The notes beneath the pieces were generated by a model. It ran no database searches. It was not told where the DNA came from and saw only the letters and a program-made list of their open reading frames with translations. Shown here one piece after another: positions 40,801 through 50,500 of a DNA stretch of 64,000 nt. The position numbers were made by a program, and so were the translations under genes. The DNA is taken from contig OZ038378.1 of the NCBI GenBank assembly GCA_964036045.1, positions 164,486,001 through 164,550,000 on the forward strand, in the 5' to 3' direction. Within the stretch, counting starts at the first letter, position 1, and every line of letters begins with the position of its first letter. This stretch comes from Eutreptiella sp. 'Long Island Sound 2002'. Its lineage: Eukaryota; Protista; Euglenida.

Positions 40801-43800
40801 TTGCATCTGTATTCCCAACACTCTGCGTAGCAAAATTGCTACTCCCAATGAATTCCGGTCTGTATGCGTGTGAAATGCCATATATAGAGGATGGAACATG
40901 AAATCTGAGGGGAGTTTTCCTATCTCCTGCAACATGACAATGTCTGGGAATTCCATCTCTTTAATCCATACATGTAACTGTTTTGTCTTGTCTCGGATAC
41001 TGATCTGAACATTGAATGATATGCATCGGACCGGCGACGTCTCATGAGGATTTTTTTCTTGGGCAATGCAGTGAGGGACTGATACAATGTCCATTGTGTG
41101 TAACAGGGACTGTCTCAATCTCTGTGGCAATTTTCCGGGTATTTTTAAAATCCTGCGTATGATGCGTGGTTTGAATATTGCCACCATGAGAGTACTGGCT
41201 GCACCTGTGAGCATTGTATGTGTGATGGAATACTGTGTGAACCAGTACATAGGCAATATGAGCGAGTGTCCGGTGGGTACACGAATTGCAAATTGTGTAC
41301 TTGTTTTTGTGCATCCTGAGATCTGCATAGCACCTTTCAGCTGAATGTAATAAAGCACATCAGCCCATTGAGTTAACAATGGAGCTGGCTGGTGTGTGTG
41401 CTTGAAATAATGGATGTGTATCAATCCAGCAGGGACTGGCAAAAGAGACAGAAGTTCTGCAGGAACTTCTCGGAAACTTACACACCGGTTGTTCTGAAAC
41501 TGAAAACCCCACTGACTGTCAATGGCATTCCCAGTCAGAGGAGACACATACAATATTACTTGCTGTATCGGAAATTCCGACGGAAAGGGAACTGAATCTG
41601 GGGGGCTTTTAAGGTTGCCAGGGGTTTGGCCATCCTTGCTGTTCAGGTGTAGATGGCCAGGCATGGTTATGTACCGGTGCTTGTTGTGGTGCCCAATGAT
41701 GCTGTGCATGCTGATGGGGTTGCCAGCCACTTGTGGTGGGAGGGCGAAAATGCTGTGGATTGGTATCTTTTACCCTCCTGTCTGGTGATGGGGACCTGGA
41801 TCTAGAACGAGAGTAATGTTTCTTTCCGTTTTTCTTTCGTTTTGGAGATCGTGATTTCGATCTGGATCGGCTCCGCTTCTTCTTGTGTGAGTTCTCCTTC
41901 TTTTTTGTACTGCTCTCTCTCCGATTTTTGTGGTCATCGGATTGATCCGATTCACTTGAATCATCATTCCCTTTTTTTTGTTTCTTTTTTCCAGATGAAT
42001 GGCTGGCTTCTGGCGTAAAATATGAGGCTTGATGAAATCCCCTGGGAACCCATGGGGACCAGGGTTGTTTGGTGGCTTTTTTCCAATTGATTCGCCACCC
42101 TGAAACGACTGTCATACCTGGTGTATTGGCTTGATCTTTTCCGTCCTCTGAGACTCCTAACATACAGAAAGACCGTGTGCCTTTCACTGAGTCATCTGTG
42201 ATGGAGCACAGGTTTTTTCCGAATACTGGTCTTAATGCAGTGCCCAAAATCCGGGCAGATATATCATGCTCTGGGGGGTCCATCACTGCATTCCATGCCA
42301 CAAGGATACATATAGGAAATTTTGCAGGGTCTGATGACCTGGATTGAGATGTCTGTGCTGCTTGTTGATTTCTGTGTTCTGCCTGCTTGACAATGGTATG
42401 ACCCGTCGAGATCGGGTCTTGGGGGGTTTCCTGCTCTGCCTGTGTGAAGAAATCTTTGATAACATGATCCAATTTGGGATGTGTAGTATGCATGTTGAGA
42501 GTGTTCCATTGCTCATGTAGATCCATAGGTGAGAGGTTACGAATCTCTGGTATGTTCAGGCTGACCGTCATGTGGAGCTTTTTGGCAAAGCCACTGATTT
42601 TCTCTGTAGGCTGGTGATTGATCCATTTCAATAGTTTGTGCATAGGCGGTGAACCTGGAATCTGTGTTTTTACTGTAGGAACTGGTGTTTTATCTTGAGC
42701 TGACTGAGGTGTGTTGTGTGTGGGTGACTCTCCTACTGGATCAGTATCATTCAAATACTTCAGTAAGTTTACTGTAGTGGGCCTGTGCTCTGGTATGAGT
42801 GCTGTGATAATGGGAAGCAAGTCCTGCCTGATACCTGTGACTGCTAAAAAAGTTGAGACAAGAGGAACAGAAGCCATATATTTGGCATGGAGTGGGGGGA
42901 GACACGTGAAATTTTCGGGAGAAGACTCTTTCAAGAGGTCCACCAGACTTGGGGACGGTGGGCCTTCCCACTCACTTGCTTTCTGTCTGATTCTGACCAA
43001 CATGGCGAATGCATTTGCGAAGTTCTCTGTGAGCTGTGGAAGCGTTAGTTCAGCTGTTTCGGATCTGTCTCTCATTTCTTGAAGCTCTGCTTGTAGAATC
43101 TTGATAGTGCTCTGCAATTCTTCGATCTGTTTGTTTTGCAATTTTATCGTGTTCTCTGCTTGCCGATGTTGCGTCTTGATATGATCCAGGTCCGCCTTGG
43201 TTGTTTCCAATCTTTGAGCATTCATACGCTGTGTGAAATGCTCCGGAATGAGAGGTTCTTCCTCTTTCTGCGAAAAACCATCATCCAATGCCTGCAATAG
43301 GTCTGCACTCGTTCTGCTTGTTTTCTTCATGTCCAGCAAATTGGGGCTGTTTAGCAAGTTGATATAGTTGTCCTTTGGCTTGAGCAATGCTGCAGTAGGA
43401 GCAGTAATCCATGAAGGTTTTTCCCCAGGCCAGGCTTCTTCAAAAACCGCTTCTGTTGCCACTTCCAAGATGGATTGGCGAATGATATCTTGAGCTTTGT
43501 TCTGGTTCATCGCTTGTACGATTCCCTTGTTTCTGAGTGCATTTTGCTTGTGCGGAGGAGCCAATTTATCACTTGCCCATGCCAACAGATGATGATAAAT
43601 TTGCAGATAATCCGATCGTGTGACAGTGGCAGTGCCTGTGAATGGTACAGTGTCTGGTAATCGGAACAGTTGTTCCTGAATACACTGTAGCCCAGACTTT
43701 TGTAATTCCCCCCATATTGTCTTGAGATGTACAGGAAGAGACTGTTCCATTGGTGTCAGCACAATGTTCTTGAAGAGTGTAGTATTCACCTTCTTGTATT

Positions 43801-44502
43801 CTTGTCCCTTAATCTGCAGGAGCTTGCCAAATGTATCCTTGATCTCACTGTTCTCGATCTTTCGATACGTTTGATCCCACATCTTGACAATATTTTTAAT
43901 TGATGGTAGCTGCACTTGTATGTGTGCCAAAAGAGCTGGAGAGCGGGCTAGAGCGATTGGTATGTGTTCCACTTGCTGCTTCTTCTTTTCTTGCATGACT
44001 TCAGCTGTCACAGTGATCAGGTATCCTTGTGGGGCCAATAGTACATTTATGCTGGAGACATAACTGATCTTGCCGACTATGGTAATCCATCTGAGAGCAT
44101 CACAGAGAGCTTGTACTTGTATTCCAGGCGCGAATGCAGTTGGTAAAGCACTTTCAGCTTCCTTGTACACATGAGCAGGAATGAGATCAATGTACTCTGT
44201 GAGAAGTCTCTGTAACTCTGGGTCTGATGAGTCTGCAAGCAGCTGCAACAAAGAAGCTTGATAGGGGACATGTTCCATGTCTGTACACGGGACATGTAGG
44301 AAGTGATGTACTGAGGGAAATTTGTTCACTGATGAACCTGATTGACACATGACAATATATGTGTATCATATATTGTATAGCTTGTTGAAGAGTAAGGAAA
44401 GGGAAACACTGGCCGCATGGGGTATGTTCTGATGAACACAGAGCCACTCTGGCTATTCTATGATAGTGAAACTGACCGCACGGGTTGCACTGTGTGCCTT
44501 TC

Positions 44503-44534
<32 letters not shown>

Positions 44535-47500
44535 CTCTAAGTCTGGTATCTCCAATCGTCTACATTATTACTCACTACGCTGTCGGTTGCCACGTGCTTC
44601 AGCGGGAAGACGCTGGAGCTCCACTCGCGGGATCCTGGTTCGATTCCCGGCCACCACGAGCAGTTTCCGCCGCTCGTGGTGGCTCACGGACGGGTGGTGT
44701 GGCAACCTCCCGCCACCTGTGGGCGGTGGCGGGGCGCACTGCTGCAGGCAGTGGGCAGGCATTTTTTTCTCCTGATCAGGACCAAAAAAGGGGGTTTGTC
44801 AAAAGAGAAGCTAAAAGAGAAGCTAAAAGAGAAGCAACATCCCAAAGTGGCTCCGGTCACTCATGTCTGTACCAAAACGGGAGACGTCGCGGCCTTCTGT
44901 CAGTTGTGGGCGGTGGCTGGGCGCACTGCAGTCAGTGGGAGTCGAACCGACGATCTTTCTGTTGACGAGTCTATGTTGTACCACTAGGCCGCTCCGTCTC
45001 CATGCCGTAGTCACGCATACCGGTTGCACTCGGATCTTGCAGAAAAAGGAAACTAAGCTATCAAGTCGCACCCAGGGCTCAGTGCCGCAGAGCATCCACA
45101 GGCACCGGCGCCAGCTTTACTTTGGGGGTAGTGTACACTCCCCAGGGATCATGCACACGGGCTTGGCGGTTCCACTGTACACAATATTATCAATATCTCT
45201 AAGGGGTCTTGTGTGTTTAGAATCTGCTGGTCCCCCCTTATTGACATTGGTAATAGTGGACCCGTGCTCCCTGCTTCGTACTGCCATCTGTTGAGTGTCT
45301 TGTCGCTCCCCTTTTCCGGTCTGTTGGCGCAGTTCTGAGCACTGTCGGGCCCTCACACCACGTCAAGGTCACCGGCCCTAGGGTCTGAGTAGGGCGTGAG
45401 GGTACGGAGCCCCCGGGGGGGGGGGGGGGCTCCTCCTGCAGCGTACACACTTCCCAGGGACAAGGGATGGCACAGACCGTCAAGAGGTGCGGCATGGCGT
45501 AGACGCCGCTCGGCGACAGCGCGTACCCGTCCGCCAGCAGCTCCTCCCGCATGAAGTTCTGGAGGCAGGACAGCAGCGTCCGGCGGTCCCACGGGTCTGT
45601 GACCCGGCCGCCGTAGACGATCTGCCCGATGACGTACCGCAGGGCCTCCCACGGGATCTCGCTGTTCTCCTGCAGGAACATCTGCAGCCACTGCGTCCCC
45701 ACGCTCAGGTCCGTGTCGTTGAACTCGTACTTGTTGTTCCAGCCCAACGGCCCAAACTGAGCGACGCACGCAATGCGGAGGGGGGCCCGCGGGGCATTGC
45801 ACGTTGCCTGCGGCTGAGCGGTTGTTCCAGAGACGGGGGATGTGGGGGGAGGGGGGGGGGGAGGTGGCATATTCGAATCCCGATGAACTCTGAGCACCTT
45901 GACCACACAAAATTGGGGGGGGGGGGGATGGCCAGAGTGCTCCTTCAAAAAGGGGGGGGGGGGGTTCCTGGAACCCAAAAGTCCGAAAGTTTGTGTACCA
46001 AAAAACGCCCAAATCAATATTTCCTTTCGTAAAATTTCATTTTTTCCCACGATGAACTCCGGGTCAGAGAAGGCCCCCCCCCCGGAGGAGACGCTGAGGT
46101 GCTAAGCAAAACTCTGGGGATGGCCCAAATTGTCCAAAACGGGAGGCAGCTGGTACCTTCTGAGGTCCAGGTGAGACAGCAGCGGATAGTACTGAGTGGC
46201 AGGGGCTGAGTGCTACAATGTGTGGGTAGCGACCACACAGTCGATGGCGACTCAAACCAAATACCAATGCAATACGCCACCAACGCCTGTGCCTGAGAGG
46301 AGGGTGTGCCATAGACAGAGGGCGTTGGGGGAAGGGGGGAGGGGGGCGGCTGTGGACTTCCCGGTCTTCGCCCTCTCTTTGTCTCTTTGAGGCCCTCCTC
46401 CACCGGGGCCTGGCGGGCGTAGAAGCGCGCGCGACCCCCGCCGACCCAAACGCCAGAAGTGGAGGGCAGCGGCTGTGCGCACACCATCTCCACTCGCCCC
46501 AGTGACGCGGCTGCCCAGATGCACATGTGCCCCCTGACAGGCCCCAGGCCGCGCCACTGCCTCCCTCACTGACGCCGAATCTGGCGTATCGGCCGGGGGG
46601 CGTCTGGATAGACTCCCTGCGCCTCACCCACCGAATATCGGTCGAAAGGGGGGTGGAGGGCAGCAGGGGGTATGCTGCCGCTTTGGTGCCGCCCTGGGGG
46701 TGCGGACCCCCAGGGCAGTAGGGCGTACGTGGCCCATTGGATTCTTGCACGCCGTGGGGGACCTCGGGCTGGCCGGGGTCACATGGCCTTTTTGATTCCC
46801 CCCCCCACCTTGGGTATGCAACCCAAACGGAGGCACACAGTCGGGACCAGTCCAAACACTTTAATACGATTCTTACTATCATCACAATCAAAACAATCAA
46901 CATGTTGTCCAAACAAGTTTGCAGTCAAATTCTAAACACAAAAAAGCATCGGACAGATTAACAGACCTGCACAAAAAAAAAAACGCACCTATCAGTTAAG
47001 ACATCTGAGATCCATCAAGGCGGAGTCAGTATGCCGGTTGCTAAATCCGGGTGTGTATACTTGTTCACTTTTGGGGGGGGTCCTCCAAAAAGGGGGGGGG
47101 GGCTGGGGTGAACTATCAAAAGTGGGGTAAGTTTGCCAGTTTGTATTCCCACTTGGGTGTGTGTTGTAGCGGCGTGCCTCCGAGCTCTTGGGACGTGTGT
47201 GGGGAGGGTATCTGTGTTTTGGAAGGGGAGGGGTGGGCGTGTGGTGTTCGGCTGCGTGGGGAATCTGTCCCACTGCTCACCATTGCAGCTTTCGTGGGGT
47301 GTTCCCAAGGCTTGTCCAGAGGGGGACAGCGCATGCGGCTGGATGCTGCCTAACAACTCCACATCTAGGCCCTCCCTAGTACACCCCAACGGGCGTAGGC
47401 CATTTGCCAAAGCGTACGTTCCAAGTGGTACTCCTCCGTTTTGGGGAGCCCCGGTAGACATGGTGCTTTGTGTCGCAGGCAGAGGCGTCGGGATTCGGTG

Positions 47501-50500
47501 GTGCTGTGCTCCAAGGAGACGGGTCCCCGACCATCCCCGTGGCCCCCACAGAGGATGAGGATGTAAGGGGGTCGCAGCAGCATAGATTTGACCCACGGGT
47601 GCTGGGCTACGAAGGGGGTGCCCAACGCGAAATCAACAGCGGCCATCACGTAGTGTAGGGGGGGATATAGATCTCGGAACCCACAGGCACATCAGCAGAG
47701 AAATCCCCTTTGCCGTGGACCACATGACCAGCCCCAATGCGAATAGCGGTGGCGGGTCCAGTGTTCTTGAGAGCCCCAATGGGTAAAACTCGTTTTGTCA
47801 CCATCGATGTCGTGGCCCATTTATCGATTACTGGCAGACCCCATCAACGTTGATGTAGACCGGGACCACGAGGTCCAACGAGTCGGAGCAGACCCGTCAA
47901 AGTTCCGAGGGCACCATGAAGGCTTAGTAAATGTGCCGCTTGGTACTTGTGGGTGTGTGCACAGTTTGTGCGCACAGGTCTGTGGGGGGGGGGGGGGGAT
48001 ATCATAACTCAACACGATCGCCACAGGGGCACTGATCATGTCCCGAGGGCAAAATAAATAATGTTGTACAAGACACGTCCACGTCGCGAAGTACATTCCT
48101 CTGGAGTCCTCGGAGCCCCTGTTCCCTGGCGCAGATGGTCCCCACTTTGGGGACAGCCTATCGAGGGGCCGCCCCCCCCCCCCCACCCCCACCCTGGGGC
48201 CCAAAAGGCAGTGGAATGACGACGGAGATCCGTCCGTGCCTGGGGGGAATGTGCCACGGAGAACACGGGGGGTACCACGGCGGTGTTGCAAACCCCCAGC
48301 CCCAGGCCAACAGACGCTACTGGGCCCCGTTTCTAAGTTGGGATGCCCCACCCCCCCCCTCTGGGCTTTGGTGGCCGTTCTGTGTCCTGCCCCTCGTCCC
48401 TGGCCCCAGCCCCTTTACGTCTGCCTCGCGCACCGTCCCCTGCTCTTCGCCCTGAGCCATCCTAAAACTCAATAAGAGGAAAAAGGAAGCACAGAGCAAT
48501 GTCCTGCAATCCTTCTGGCCTCCTTTGATACAGCCACAACCCACTCAGCTCTTCCATTCTCGAACACCCGCGGACTTGCCCAGGCGGGGGGTATACGCCG
48601 CCACAGAATGAATGAATGAATGATCCGTCCCCTGCGGCACACGCCCTCCCCCGGCAGACCTTCTTGCGCTCGGCGATGATGCTGTGGAAGAAGCACAGCC
48701 CGTACAGCAGCTTGTGGTACGCGTTCTCCTTCGTGCACTCGGGGAAGGCCTCGCCCTGCGATGCCGGGCGGGGCAGGGCAGGCCAAGGGGGAGGGGGGCT
48801 GAGGCAGGCCATTGGGTATAGAAATACAGTAGCCCTCTCAGGACTGAGGCACACAATTGGACAGTGCTTGAGGGGCAACCACCGGCGGTTGAAGGGTGAC
48901 CGACGGCGGGTGAAGGGGAAGCCACGGCGGTTGGATGTTGATGTGAATGAAAAAGAAAAAGGTTGTCCTCTAAAAACGCCCTGGGCTCAGGGGAGAGACA
49001 AGGGGTGGCTTGGACTAAGGGAGTGGGTCACCCTGCAGGTTAGGGGTAGGCTGCGCACCCCCCCCCCCCTGCTATCTGTCAAAAATTCGGGAGGGGGGGG
49101 GGGGGGCGTCAGGCAACTCCGAACAGTTGGGTATGCGGCCCAGGCAGCCTGACTCACGCACCGGCCCAAATCCAATGGATAGGGCAGCATCGGCTTGGGT
49201 ATTGCCAGGCAATGGGTACCGGAAACCAGGGGGGGGGGGGGGTCTGGAACCCAAAGGTCCATATGTTTGTGTACCAAAAATAGCCAAAATCAACATTTCC
49301 GTTTGCAAATTTCATTTTTTTCCACAAAATCCGGGTGCGAGGGGGGGGGGGGGTCAGACCCCCCCACCCCCCCCCAGGAGATGCTGAGTTGTTAAGCAAA
49401 ACTCTGGGGGGGGGGGGGGGGGAGTCCGGAGGCGGTCATGGGGTGACATGCACAACAACTCAATGACTGGTCCGTCCTACATCATCACTGTTCAGGGAAA
49501 GGATAAGGGGTGGGCAGGGATGTATTAGAAGTGGGGGAGCGGCGGGGGGAGGGGGGTTTGGCTGGGACACACCCTCCTCCCAGGGTCCCCCTGTGGTGCC
49601 CACCGAATGCGGGCCGAAAATGTTGAAGCGTAAATCCTCTTGACACCGAAGGCGCCGAAGCAAAACTTTGGCTGTCAGCCTCAAACATTGGAAGGGGAGG
49701 AGGGGGGGAGGGGGTCCAGGGGGGGGGTACCCCCCCCCTCCTCCTGCGGTGTGCGGCCGTACTAAAACACCTGGGGGGGGGGGGGTCGCATACAAAGACC
49801 GGACCCAGCTGCCCCTCGGGAGTGGGGTATATTGATTGGGGAAGGAGGCAAATGTACGGAAGCAGGCCACACCTCCTCAAAGAAGTCCATGTCCTTGATC
49901 TCCTTGTAGCAGCGGATCATGTTGGCGCGCAGCCCCGTGGGGTTCTCGTTGGTGAGTTTGATGGAGTTCTGGAGCACCGGGATGGGGAAGAACTCCGAGG
50001 GCATGGACGTCAGCCACAAGCGGAAGGACGGGTTGATGTGGGCGAGGCTGGAGCTGAAGTTGGCGATCTGCTTCTCCAGCTCCGGCATGAACGACTTGGA
50101 CAAGTGGCAGTTCTGCAGGATCACCCAATCGCCCGTCTTTTTGCCATGATCGATCAGCCGCTTGGCGTTGTCTCCCTGCGCAGCCGGGGGGGGGGGGGGG
50201 GGGGGAACAGAGATGCATTGGAAAGGGGGGGGGGGGGGGTAATCCCCCCCCAATCAAGGGCGCCCAGCCTATGCCCAGCCACTGTCCCCCTGACGCCAAG
50301 TGCGAGCTTCAATGGCATTTGCAACCGACAGTAACCGCCCCCCAACCGCTTTGGCAACCTCCTCCGACCGCCTGTCCCACCGCCTCTAGGGCCACCTCTG
50401 AGGTCCCTTCCCTTCTAATGCATCCTTGGGGGGGTGGTCTAATTAAGCCGAGCTGAGCGAAGGTGCAGGGGGGACCTTTGGTAGGCTACCCCTGTCTAGC

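Larger units (their letters stand above)
35902..45000 (-). mobile_element. Full-length two-ORF non-LTR retrotransposon (APE + RT + RNase H) within dynein intron 35110-45477
   Basis: Two long uninterrupted ORFs, a 3' UTR with a stem-loop and a (TCC)n tail, and composition distinct from host exons. The 5' boundary is uncertain (about 44540-45340); no TSD found. Confidence 0.92.

Noticed and set aside
44585-44660. Functional tRNA gene (Trp-like CCA anticodon)
   Set aside because: The anticodon and acceptor stems cannot both be formed with canonical spacing; kept only as tRNA-like.
45291-45300. Second spliced-leader relic (TGAGTGTCT)
   Set aside because: Only a 9-nt core without the T8 tract; expected by chance.
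47000-48000. Relic LINE coding fragment in a dynein intron
   Set aside because: Multiple stops in all frames and no recognisable domain motif.
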